A stretch of DNA of 64,000 nucleotides, taken from Felis catus (Eukaryota). Below are positions 1 to 11,590 of the stretch, one piece after another (the stretch's first letter is position 1; the number at the start of each line of letters is the position of its first letter). The notes beneath the pieces were generated by a model. The model was not told where the DNA came from. It saw only the letters and a program-made list of their open reading frames with translations, and searched no databases. The position numbers and the translations under genes were made by a program. The stretch lies in assembly GCF_018350175.1 (NCBI RefSeq), contig NC_058383.1, forward strand, positions 35,588,001 through 35,652,000, written 5' to 3'.

Positions 1-714
1 ATATACAAGAGTATTTACAGTAACAACCATTTTGAAGTGCATTTAAACTGGATTTTTCTCTCGTTTCCCTTTTCTTTTTACTAACCATGTTGCCTCCAGC
101 TCCGGTTTCTAATTTCTTTCCTCATTAAAAGTCCTGTCAACTCTCGCAAGAATAAAGTTGTTCTTTAAAAATACCCATCTCATAAAAGGCCTGTGCCCGG
201 AAGGCATAAGATAAATAAGAATGTTTCATGAAACCTCCCTCCAAATAACAGACTTATGAGAAAGAACTTGAACTTTGATTTCAAGTCACTCCAAAGAAAT
301 CAGCTTCAAACTGGAGGTGAGCATCCTCAGAATGTGTTTTGCAGCATCATTCCTGGCCAGACACTTTCCATTATCTGTAGATGCATTTAAAACACATTTC
401 ATCCCTTTGTTATGCTAGCACACAAATCACAAATCCTCAGCAGAGACCAGACCCCACGAGCCCGTCTTATTTCAGGAGGGCTATTAGCAGAGAGGGCTAT
501 GGAATATGCACTGATAACTGCAAGTCAGAAGCAATCGTCATAAACTGGGGATACCATAGAGGACTCTTGCAGTACGAACCAGGAAGCTGCTGTCGCACTG
601 CCAGCAAGAAGCAAAAGCATTGGGAAAAAGTCCAACATTCATTAATAGGGGATTGAGGGAACTATTTAGACACAACCATGCGTACTATTGAATGCGGGGC
701 TGTTGCTAGAAAGG

Positions 715-1240
715 GTGTTTCAGATGAATGTGTACAACATGGAAAACAATCATGACATAATATGAAGTGGAAAAAGAAAACAAAACAATACATATATGTA
801 TGTATGTGCGTATATGTATAATGTATGTACATGTATATATCTATGCATATACATATCTATCTATACATGCAATATATTGAGAGAGGTCATATTTCAACAA
901 AATGTTACGTGTGTTTGAAAATATTTATTACATAAATATGTATGAACACAGTTACTCATCTATCCTTTTCTATTAGATATACATACCCACTATCTCTAAA
1001 TATTTTTGTCATTATATAGAAAATGGATACTACATATAGAAGATTGTTCCAGAAGGTGAAGAACATTTAAAAGACTTGTGTGGGATGGAAGGAGAGTTTT
1101 ACCTTCCTACATACATTTGATTTTCTTGGGACATTTGTATTTTTAATGGAAAAAAATTAACCCATCCACCCTAGAAGGTAGGGGGGACTTTGAAATGCTT
1201 TTAAATAACACACTTCATTGTTTTAAAAATTATAAAGTCT
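715..1240 (+). mobile_element. Highly decayed L1M (L1ME-like) 3' end remnant with internal TA/TG low-complexity tract
   Basis: ATGGAAAACAATCATGACATAATATGAAGTGGAAAAAG resembles the L1M 3' motif; the remainder is weak. Confidence 0.35.
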
Positions 1241-2207
1241 ATTGTCAAAAAAAAGAGTGAAATGAAGTCCTCATTTTCTCTCTTTCTGCAAACCTATTCA
1301 AGGCTCCAGGGACATCTGCTGCTAACAATTCAGTATGTATCCTGAAGGACCATTTTTTATTAAATCAGGACAGATGTTCTTTGGGAAAGACCAATTTCTT
1401 GAAGTTACAAATAGATTGCATTGCCCCATAGCAGAGAAGGGAAGGAATACAGCAACACTGTGTCCCACATGCCCCCACACCTGGTCAGGAGGACAGTGCA
1501 TCTTGAGTTACCACTGAAAATGGTAGAACACTAGGGCTGAAGACTTCTGAGAACCTGAGCGGCCTAAGTCACTAAGTACTACTAACAGGAAAAAGACGGA
1601 ATATGCACCACTGGGGAATACTCCAGTAATCTCTCATGCTCCATACTTTGAATTATGGCTGGCCATGGTAAGGTATGTTTTGGGCACAGATAAATGATGG
1701 AAAATGTGTTAACAGTTCCACTTACAGCTAATTTTTAATGACAGTGCCAGTACAAGACAGAACTTGAAGCATTTCAAGAAAAGGACTCCCAGTCATCTGA
1801 AACTGTGCCAAGAGCAGGCAGATGACTGCTTAACAAACACACATATTTATTTCATATTAAAAACAAAATTCCTGAGGGTGACTTGGGGGTTTAATTTAGC
1901 AATTATCACTGAGTCAATGTGCCAGTACCCAGAAATGACCAAGGAAGCATGCCCCAGTGGCAGGGAGATGAGACAGAAAACCATAAAAATGTGTACACGT
2001 GTATAAACACACACACACACGTGCACGCACGCACAAATTCACAATCACATTCAATATTCCTCTCACAAGACTAAAATGAAGCAAGTTTGGAGAATATTTT
2101 GATAGTAACTTTCTTTTCTAAAAGAGTTTACCTCTCCTGTCCCACTTAGGCAGATCCAGAATAACATCTACACTGTTTTTAAAAACATACTAACTTTGCT
2201 TATTCTG

Positions 2208-2240
2208 GTTGTTGTTTTGTTTTGTTTTGTTTTGTTTTTA
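2208..2240. repeat. (GTTTT)n simple repeat
   Basis: Seen directly. Confidence 0.85.
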
Positions 2241-2559
2241 ATTCCAAGAATATCTTATTCTGATCTCAATCTTAGCCCCAACTTAGTTTTCATCCATGAT
2301 GGGGTTGTAGCATTTTCAATCTTTGTAGGAAGCAAATGTAACACCCTCTGTTGGCAGATTCACATTCCACCTAAATAACTAAGGAAGGAAATCCATTAGC
2401 TCCTTGACAATATTATTTTCCACTGTCTGTACTGCTGCCCATGTCCAGTGCCCTAGCACAATTCCTCGCACATCACTACTGCGGAACTTAAGAAACTCAT
2501 TTTTCTCACGAATGTCATACTGCTTTCCGTATACTGCCATCACTTATTTTATTCATCAG

Positions 2560-2985
2560 AACTTTTTTGGAGGGGTTTCAAATAAAACACTCCAACTGGC
2601 TTAAGGGAAAAAAAGGAATGTTACAGTTCCTATGAGTTAAAAATGTAAGGATAACTGGATTTTGGCTGAGCTAGTTTTAGGGGCTGGGCACTCAGCCTTC
2701 AGGGGAACTCAGAAACAACCAGCAATTCCCATCTCAACATTCTGGGTTGGTTACCAACAATCCTTCTGAAAGTGAGTCTCATTGGTTGGACTTGGGTCAT
2801 ATGCTCATCTCCTAGCCAATCCTTATGACTGGGATATGGAGCTTTGCTAATTGGACAGGATTAGGTAACACACCCAACTAGAACACTAGGCACAGAGTCA
2901 GTGCCCTGCAAGCATGGGGGCAGGGGGAGTAATGGGAACGAGGTGGCTCCCTAAGGAAAGGAGAACTATACAACCAGAAGAAGAA
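2560..2985 (-). mobile_element. Old MaLR LTR (MLT1K/L-like)
   Basis: CAACTGGCTTAAGGGAAAAAAAAGG and CTCATTGGTTGGACTTGGGTCATATGCTCATC...GCTAATTGGACAGG match recalled MLT1 hallmarks. Confidence 0.65.
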
Positions 2986-3152
2986 AAGGATGCTAGAAAA
3001 ATGAAAATAAGAATTATGTTGTAAAAAGTCCTTATCATAAGCAGAATTGATTTGTGCTAACCCAAATCCTTCATGAAGACCACCATTTGTGTGAATTCCA
3101 ATTGTGAATTCTGCTGAAACACCAGGAGGACATTCAAAAGAGGCTCTAGAGA

Positions 3153-3342
3153 TGTGCTGTCCCAGATAATAGCTACTAGCCACATGTGGACATTTAAATT
3201 GAAGTAATCAAAATTAGATAACATTTAAAATTCAGTCCCTTGGTAGCACTAGCTTGAGTTCAAATGCTCAGCAATCACATGTGGTTAGTGGGTACTTTAT
3301 TGGACAGTGCCGTCATTGCAGAAAGTTCTACTAGACTGTGCT
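3153..3342 (-). mobile_element. MER3 hAT-Charlie MITE
   Basis: GCTACTAGCCACATGTGG...CACATGTGGTTAGTGG...TGCAGAAAGTTCTA; flanked by CTCTAGAG/TTCTAGAA, the NTCTAGAN Charlie target site. Confidence 0.85.
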
Positions 3343-3529
3343 ATTCTAGAAGCTTCCTCCCGCTACACACACCAAATTTAAAATAAAATAAAATAGGACA
3401 TCTGACTGGGGTAGGAAAGGCAAAATGACCATGAAAAGTCCCTACAGGCCATGGATGTTATGATAACCATTATGATTAAAAACAACAGACAAACAAATGC
3501 TCAGGTAGGAAAAGGGATGCTTTTCTCTA

Positions 3530-3556
3530 AACAAACAAACAAACAAACAAACAAAA
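3530..3556. repeat. (AAAC)n microsatellite
   Basis: Seen directly. Confidence 0.9.
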
Positions 3557-4059
3557 ACCAGGAAGAATCCTTTCTTTTCTCTGTCAAAAGGAGACAAAGA
3601 GCATATACAAAAGCAAACACGATGAAAGGTTAACTAAATCAAATGCTAGTTGCATTGAAAGGCTCTATTTCTTTGTTTCCGTTTTTCCATCCAAAATTTT
3701 GCAATAATGAGAAACAGTTACACATAGAATTCTGACAAGTAATTCTTGCTCTGTATGTATTTCATTTCCAGTGGTTGACAGAATGAATTCTGCTGTGTGC
3801 AAAGCTGAGTTGAAGTATATGTGATACTTGGAACAAAGTCCAAAAGCTTGGGTCTGTGTGTGTCCCTCCAGCATTCAGTGTTACCTCCCTAGTCTCCATG
3901 TTTTACCACTACAGGTGTAATTCTGAGCTGCAGTCTCTTTGTACCTGCTCTCCCATCAGCCTAGAGCGCATGCCCCAGACTTCTTCCCATGCTACAGGTT
4001 TCCTCATAAACTTCATATCACCAGAAGACACGTTCTGATCATCTTGGCTGACACACATT

Positions 4060-4250
4060 ATTCTCCATCACATACTCTATTCATTTATGTATAATACTTC
4101 TAATCTCTAATTATTTTGTTTACTCTTTCCCCCCCCCCCGCCATTTCCAAGGGGAATGTAAGTTTCATGGGGGGCAGGGACCATGCCTGTTCCACTTCCT
4201 GTTGTCCCACTGCTGAGTGAACATCTAATAAATATTTGCGGGATGAGTGG
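4060..4250 (+). mobile_element. L2 LINE 3' end
   Basis: GAATGTAAGTTTCATGGGGGCAGGGACC...AATAAATATTTG. Confidence 0.7.
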
Positions 4251-5479
4251 GCAGAGAAAGAAAGCTAGAATCAAGACTGCAGGATAGTGTTCACCAAGCT
4301 GTCCTTCCCTACCTGCCAGAAACAGAACTAATGGATCATCAGGTGTTGGTCTGTTTTCCATTAGGAAACAGGACTTAGAGAAAGGATTTTGAGTTTTGCC
4401 ACTAGGGTGGGACATTTCCAAAACTGCTGTGCTAGATCATTTGTGCACAGCCAGGACAATAGGAGGTGACCTCAAATGCTCTTCTGGCCTGCTTAATTTG
4501 TACTTTAGGTCCATAAAAAATAAGATAAAGACTTAAGATGCTCCCAGGAAGGACTTTTAGCAGAGCCAGAACTTAGGCTGACTAAAGAACTCCCACCTTT
4601 CTCTCTCCAAAGGCAAAGCCTGGGAGGCAGGAAAGATGCATATATATTTCAGATCCCATTATAAGTGATTAATAAGGTCAACTAAGTATAGTTTATCATC
4701 CTTCAGACCATCCTGCTACCTCATTCTTCTGATGGCCACTGTAAAGAAACTTCCAGATTCATCTTTGTTCAGTTCTCATTAATATTTGAAACCATAGGAT
4801 GTATCCAAACACTTAGCACAGGTTCTTTCCCACACCAGGCACTCAAATATACAAATTAAACGCACAAATTTCCAAAGATATTGTTAAAATATGTCAAAAG
4901 ATAATTTTCTATTCTCATACATTTTGGTGTACACATATTTAAACATTTAATATCTGCTCACAACCCGTCAGGTGTTTCTAAAATGATAAAGGTACTGCCA
5001 GGCTAAAATGGGGAAATATTCCAGTAAAAAGTACACTCTAAAATAGACCTGATACTTGGATGAAGAGCAGAAGAGAAAATGAAATACATGATTGGGAAGG
5101 CATTGAAACAGAAAATGGCCATTGATAACTAGTGGTCGCCTACAGTTTGTTTACTAAGAAAGCTATCCTAAGCTAAACCCATTTCCTCTGTTGCTAGAAT
5201 CCCAAGTCAATCAGGCTAGAGGCCAGAAATCCTGTATCTGCCATTGTATGTGTAAAACCTCCATGAATAAGGGAGGTGTTGGGGATAGATAAGGATACTG
5301 TTTGCTGGTTGAATGGCTGTGCCAAAGTTTGTTGACTGAACACATTGTTCTCCACCAGGAGGGTGATCACTAGTGATGTGCTGCTATATAGCTCTCTACT
5401 ACAGACCCAGTCTGGGCCAATGGTTTTACCAACGACTTCGCTTCTCACTAACAAGAGCCAATTGTGATAAACCATCTAT

Positions 5480-5625
5480 TGATTAATTCATTTCTTCAAC
5501 TAACAGTTATTGAACACTTCCAGGTGATAAACATTGAGCTGAGGGCTTTAAGTTAACAAAGATAAAGAGAACAGTTTCTGCCCTAAAGAAGTTCAATTTA
5601 GGGGTAGGGGAGAGACAGATATGAC
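5480..5625 (-). mobile_element. L2 LINE 3' end
   Basis: ATTCATTTCTTCAACTAACAGTTATTGAACAC...CTGCCCTAAAGAAGTTCAATTTAGG is the reverse-strand L2 tail. Confidence 0.65.
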
Positions 5626-5769
5626 ATTTCAATAAGTCCTCAAAACACAGCCCTGGCATATGTTAGGGTATCCATAAATACCTGTTGGGCGAGTGTGGAC
5701 AGTCCATCTGACAATTTCTATTTGCACATCTGTGTGTGCTGAAGAACTATTTTTCCCCTCTTCCCCCAC

Positions 5770-6070
5770 CTTCACTGGCGAACTCCTGCTTGTCCTTCAG
5801 GTGTCAGCTTAGATGCCACTTTTTTTTCAGGAATTTTTTTCTTAGACTCACTTCACACCCATCCCAGGCAAGCAGGTGCACTCTTCTCTATCTTTCCAAG
5901 GCAGCTATGACCCTGGGAACACTTGTTTTTTTATTTTGCAATAGCTTGTTTACTTGTGTGTATACCTCACTAGCCCCATGAGGTCACAGTCTTTCTTACA
6001 CATGTTGCATCTCTAGAATCCAACCTACTATGTGGCAAATCACAAAAACCCAAAATATATTATTTCATAT
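5770..6070 (+). mobile_element. L2 LINE fragment
   Basis: AACTCCTGCTTGTCCTTCAGGTGTCAGCTTAGATGCCAC...TTGTTTACTTG. Confidence 0.65.
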
Positions 6071-6539
6071 GAAGTTGATTGAAGCTCTGGCATGGGGACT
6101 GAAGCTTGGTGAGATGATTTTTACAGTTTCTCCTATCTCTAATATTCTTTGAAGAGAATTCAATATGGCAACCTAGGATTTCAGTCCTTAAAGTTATTGT
6201 AGGAGGATAACTTGCAAGAGTCTGTATGGTGAGCCATGAGTTAATCCAAAAATCCAAACCATTTCTTATGTTTTTATGGTCAAGTGATTTATGATTCCAT
6301 TGTCGATGGCATTATGTTCACTCAAGTACTATTAACTAATATTTAGCTTCAAGTGCATTAGTAAGGCTTGCTAGACATTTGTGATGCAAAACACAATATT
6401 AACAAATTGCCAGTTTACTGAAGATAAAAGTTCAGCATTTCTATTAGAAATCAGGATTCCAAACAGCAATAAAAGTATAATCCATCACTCATTGTGTAGT
6501 CGCTTCCTTGCAAATTGTTCTTTTAGTGTTACTTTGTCT

Positions 6540-6690
6540 AATTCTAACTACAACCCTATGCAATTTTTATTTATTGTGACCCACATTTTACAAAGGAGAA
6601 AAGAGATGTCCAGAAAGCTAAGTTACTCTTCCAAAGTTACTTGGCTAGCAGGAGAAAGAACCAGATTTGGACTTCAGGCTCCAAACCTCT
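6540..6690 (-). mobile_element. MIR SINE
   Basis: CCCACATTTTACAAAGGAGAAAAGAG...AAGTTACTCTTCCAAAGTTACTTGGCTAG core. Confidence 0.65.
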
Positions 6691-7974
6691 TCTTTTAACT
6701 TTTACACAATACTGCATCTTAGTGGCTATGAGAATTGTAGAGCTTGAGGTAAAGATAAGCTGGGTGGAGTAAGTGGCCCGTGGTGGCAAATAAAAGTCAG
6801 AGACAAATGAGCTTCAGTCTAGAAGTTGGGGTGAGATAGGACTTGAGTGGGAAAGGAGGTATCTGGTTATAAGGAATGGTATCAGTGCTCTGAGTGATTA
6901 GCATATGGATAGTATAATAGTAGGGGAAAGAAGACAGAAGAAAACCATCACCTTATGCATAGACTTGAAAAGTAAACCCAATTTAGCATAAGACATGCAA
7001 ATGCCAGAACTGAGTCTGCTATAGAATATTTTCTTAAACATATATAAATGATCTTTTCAGACAAAAATATTTTCACCAATTATTCCAATGTCAGTTCTCT
7101 GAATCACCCAGCTCTTGGGACTGATTAAATAGATTACTTTTCCCCCAATTACCTAGGCTGCACATTTATTGCTCATTTGCCTCCTTTACCTCTAAAATAA
7201 AGTGCAGATCCACCATTTACAATTTGATCAAAGTCATCATGATGAATATTTTTAAGACATTGTCAGACGTGGTTGTGCTGATTTTTAATAATAGCCCCTC
7301 ACTAATCAATAGATAATTTAATTCAGAAATGTGAAGCTGTAAACTTTAATGCTCTGTTTGGTATTTTCTTATTAATTGAAAAGATGACAAGTCAACTTTT
7401 ATGTACAGAGAGAGCTAGGAAGACATATGCATTAAAATAAAATCTTGAAGAGGGTGTGGCTTAAGGCAGGTCTGTTTCAGGGACCACACACTGTTAGTAT
7501 TATGTCCAGGAGGAATGTGACTCTCATCTATGCAACTAAGTGACTATAGTCATCTCTGAACCTTGCACCAAGGCTGGGACTTGACCTAAACGCCTCCCCT
7601 CCAATTATTTTTATAACCTAAACACAAACCTTGCAGAAAAGAGATCTTATTCTCTATTCCAATGCATGATCTTATTTAGCTTTACCTAAATCAGTCAAGA
7701 AGACCATGGTTGTGGTAAGCCAATGTGGAACTCTATTAAAGATTAACTTATCAAGGAAACTAATAATTCCTTCCAAGACCATTTATTACCTACCTTGTCA
7801 CATACCACCCAGTCCAGGATGACCATTGCTATCATTGTTTTTTTTTTAAGTATTTTTTTTCAACTGTATGCATTTCCTCAGTTTCAAAATATCACTGGTT
7901 ATAATAGCAAGAGTCAAAAGACAGGCAATATATCAAAACCTTCCATTTATCTTAAGAAAAAAAAAGATTAGAAC

Positions 7975-8398
7975 CATCTTGAGGACAAAAGTATGGAGAG
8001 AGTCAAAAGATCAGTGGTTGTGGGGGTAAGAGGACTGGGGGCAGGGGGAGGTGAATCAGCAGAACACAGGAGTTTTAGGGTAGTAAAAATACCTTCTATG
8101 AAATGATAATGATGGACATATGTCATTACATGGTTGTGTTAACCCACAAAATGTACAACACCAAGAACGATCACTAATGTATACTATGGACTTTGGGTGA
8201 TGATGATGTCAATCAATGTAGGTGCCTCAATTGCAACAAACGTCCCACTCTGTAGGGGATTTTGGTAATGGGGTGAGAGGGCTAGGATGTGTGGGCAGGA
8301 GATATATGAGAACTTTTAATTGTGCTATGAATCTAAAATTGAAAATGCAGGTTTAAACTATACAACTTAAACCTAAAAAAAATAAAGTCTTAAAAAAA
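7975..8398 (+). mobile_element. L1MC (L1MC1/2-like) 3' end
   Basis: AAAAGATCAGTGGTTG; CTAATGTATACTATGGACTTTGGGTGATG; A-rich tail; homologous in reverse to 29962-30260. Confidence 0.8.
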
Positions 8399-8879
8399 TA
8401 CATTGACTTTCCCTCCACTTGGATATGTAACAGAAAAGTAGAAACGAATATTTTAGCAGGGTGTAATGCTCTCCTCTAGCCTCCAAAAACAACTGCCTTT
8501 TAAAAATGTTTGCAATTTGTTTTCTGCTTAAAGACATGAAGCGTTAATTTGGGCCATTTAGAAGATAAAGACCCAACAAATCAAAGAAAACAACTCTTAT
8601 CATTTTAGTGTATGTATATATATTTTTTCTTAACAGGTTCCTAACTATCCTTTTCTGTTTTAGTGAAAATAAGATCACACTGAGTTTGGCCTTCCCTTTA
8701 GCCAGACTTTTCTGTGCTATTGACGATTCTTCCATCATATCACTTCTCATGAACGTGAAGGCTACACGTTCACAAAACTCCACAAATACCTTCTCAACTA
8801 CTCTTTGTTAGATGAGGAATAAATAAATGAATGCGGATTCTAGTGTAGTGTCATTGATTTAATCAATTTTCTGTTACCA

Positions 8880-9040
8880 TCTGGGTAATTTTCAGTTTTT
8901 GCTATTATGGACAACTCAGTAATGCACATACATCATCACAGCCAAACCTTTGCACACGTTCATGATTATTTCTTCAACATAAATTCAGTCAAGGAAAGGG
9001 AATGTGCATGTTAAGTCTATTAAAGGCTATCGTCAGAGCT
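8880..9040 (-). mobile_element. L1ME-like fragment
   Basis: TTTTCAGTTTTTGCTATTATGGACAAC...CATGATTATTTTC. Confidence 0.55.
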
Positions 9041-9099
9041 TACATTTAAGACAAGGCAAAAAGATGAAGTAAAACAGGTAATGGATCTAAATAAGACCC

Positions 9100-9450
9100 T
9101 GCACGTGAAAGAAGAAACCCAGCCACAGAAATATTGGGACCCACATCCCAACAATGGGAATGATGGCGACTGTCAGGTGGGCAGAAACTACAAAGGCACG
9201 TGCTCACGCAGGGCTGACAGACCTTGAAATGAAGTCGGGGGTGGAGAGAATGAATTGGCAAGACAGAGATAGGTAACTCGGAGTTCCAGGGACTCTACTA
9301 CATTTCCGCTTTCCTTCCGGGAAACTCTAAGCACGCTCCTTGTTTCCTAACAGAAGCCTTAACCAGGAGCAAAGAGAAGATCTACTCTTGTGACAATGCG
9401 ATCAACTCACTGTCCAGAGAGATACAAATTAAAGATCCGTTTCCAGGTCA
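9100..9450. promoter_or_regulatory. Candidate promoter/enhancer motif cluster
   Basis: CACGTG at 9102 and 9197, ACTACATTTCC at 9297, TTCCGGGAA at 9315; about a dozen CpGs retained. Confidence 0.4.
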
Positions 9451-10164
9451 AAGGAGCATAAGTTCTTTCCCTCTCCTCCCTTAGAACCCATTACCTTTTT
9501 CAGTCCATACACGTTATTAGGAAAAGCTTTCTTATCTCATTAGGGTAAAATACACTACCCAGAATTAACTTTTTTCCCGTTATTACTAAGACGATGCCAC
9601 TTCTCACCCCCTCCCACAAGTTTTAAAGTATCTGTAATCAGGTTCCCTGACAAATGATGGAAGCATTTCATGTAGAATTTCTTTTCAATTAAAAATTAGC
9701 AAATCGATGGTGTATCTTGCTGCTGATCCACTTGAGAATCAAGGATGTGTGGCACTGGTGGCTTGGCATGGTTTGCAGGTGTTTGGGAACATGGTTACAG
9801 TCTGTTCTGAATATTTAAATTGCTCTGATATATTCCAGTCTGGACTCTTATGTCAATTCATCAGTGCCAAGGCTCTGCCTAACACTTTGCTACAAACTGG
9901 GTTCAATTGTAATTTGTCAACTACGGCACCCGTTGCTATGACAAATAACTTCAGTCTGGTTAATCTTTTGAACATAACAGCATTCTGCTACTTTGATAAA
10001 TCTATTATGTTGTGGTTTACATATGCTTTGGGGAAAATTTTTATTGGGACATTTTACACTAAATCATCTCTAGTCTCCACTAACAAAGCAAGTGGAGCTC
10101 TGATGCTGATGGTAGCTTTCCAACATCTCAATAATGCCAAATTATCTTGGTTCTCAAAACTCAC

Positions 10165-10352
10165 AAGACATGGGGAGGAGTGTAGTCTCTGAAGTTAAAC
10201 CACATAGTTTCAAATCATGGATCCAGATGTACTTACATGGGTTTACTACCAAATTTTCTAACCCCCGGTTTTTCTCATTGGTAACATGAAGAGCAGTTTG
10301 CAGGGTTCAGAGTGATCATTCATGTAAAGTAGCACAGTGCCTGGCACAGGAC
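10165..10352 (+). mobile_element. MIR SINE
   Basis: Decayed head and core plus CATGTAAAGTAGCACAGTGCCTGGCACA tail. Confidence 0.65.
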
Positions 10353-10381
10353 AAAGAACCAAGAAACTCAGGACGTTGTAA

Positions 10382-10599
10382 TTTTTTTTAAGTTTTTAAT
10401 GTTTTTGCTTATTTTTGAGAGACGGAGACAGAGTGTGAGCAGGGGAGGGGCAGAGAAAGAGGGAGACACAGAATCCGAAGCAGGCTCCAGGTCCTGAGCT
10501 GTCAGCACAGAGCTCGACACGGGGCTCGAACTCACAAACTGTGAGATCATGACCTGAGCTGAAGTAGGACAGTTAACCGACCGAGTTACCCAGGCACCC
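10382..10599 (-). mobile_element. Can-SINE (SINEC_Fc)
   Basis: Full reverse-strand body ending CCCAGGCACCC; TSD GGACGTTGTAATT/GGACATTGTGATT. Confidence 0.95.
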
Positions 10600-11337
10600 T
10601 GGGACATTGTGATTATTACATAAAACTTCTGATATGTAAATGTTAATACATTATTTATAATTATTGAAAAATAATTTTGGAAGATTTCTACTGTGAATGA
10701 CAAAGTAAATAAAATTTGCAAAGGGAGTGTGCTGTCAGTGGAGGTGGTTAGGTCCCCAGTGGCAGCCGCCTAGGAAGCACCTCCTTGCACACTGTCATCC
10801 CAACAAGGCTGATACGATTGCAGGAGTGGGCACTTATTGACCTCAGCTACCAATTTGAAACTGGCTGTAAATTGTCCCTCTAGGTCTTAACACACAGGAT
10901 GTTTCTACTTGGGGAAAGTGCATCGGCTGCAGTTTTCAGCAATACATTCTCAAAAAGTCAATTTCACCTTTTGGCAGCTCTGAAAGAATCCAGATTACTT
11001 TAAGTATAATAGCCCCGAATAAGGGCAATAGTTAAAAGAAGGGAGGGGGAGAAGCTTGAAGAAGGAGTGACAAGCAGTTGTTTTTAATAACGGGAAAATA
11101 ACACCACAAGAGAAAAATCCTCCTGTATTATATTTACAGCAAAGTGATTAAAAGTTTGGTTTTTTTTTTTAAGTTCTAATTCCTTCCAGTAAAAAGAGCC
11201 ACAGTACTCCATGATAAAAAATTGAAACAATACAACGCCCTGCTGACAGAGATAAATGAAACATCAAAACTGTGGTAAATATTTAAGGTGTTCTGACAGG
11301 TTATTTTGGCATTAAAACATTCCATTTCCTGATCCCC

Positions 11338-11340
11338 CTC

Positions 11341-11375
<35 letters not shown>

Positions 11376-11440
11376 CCCCTCTCCCTCCCTTTCCCTCTGC
11401 CTCTGTCTCCCTGTCTGCCTCTCTCTCCCCCTCCCTTTCA
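11338..11440. repeat. (CT)n / pyrimidine-rich tract (GA-rich on the minus strand)
   Basis: Seen directly. Confidence 0.9.
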
Positions 11441-11590
11441 CTTCTCCAAAAGCATCTCATATATAAAAACACATTCCCTAAATATTCAATGGTAATGCAA
11501 CCAATGACAAAAGATAATTGAGGCCAATTTGTAGCAGGAAATTGTATGTGGGGGTTAATGTTGTGAAGGGGGCAGTGGGCGGTGGTGCAC
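11430..11590 (-). promoter_or_regulatory. Candidate TATA/CCAAT/GC-box core promoter
   Basis: GGGCGG 11577, CCAAT 11524 and 11501 (AACCAATGA), TATATATG on the minus strand at 11458-11465. Confidence 0.45.

Noticed and set aside
381-656. 91-aa ORF and antisense signal-peptide-like sORF (MLLLLAGSATAASWFVL...)
   Set aside because: Short, no recognisable homology, and no convincing splice or promoter context.
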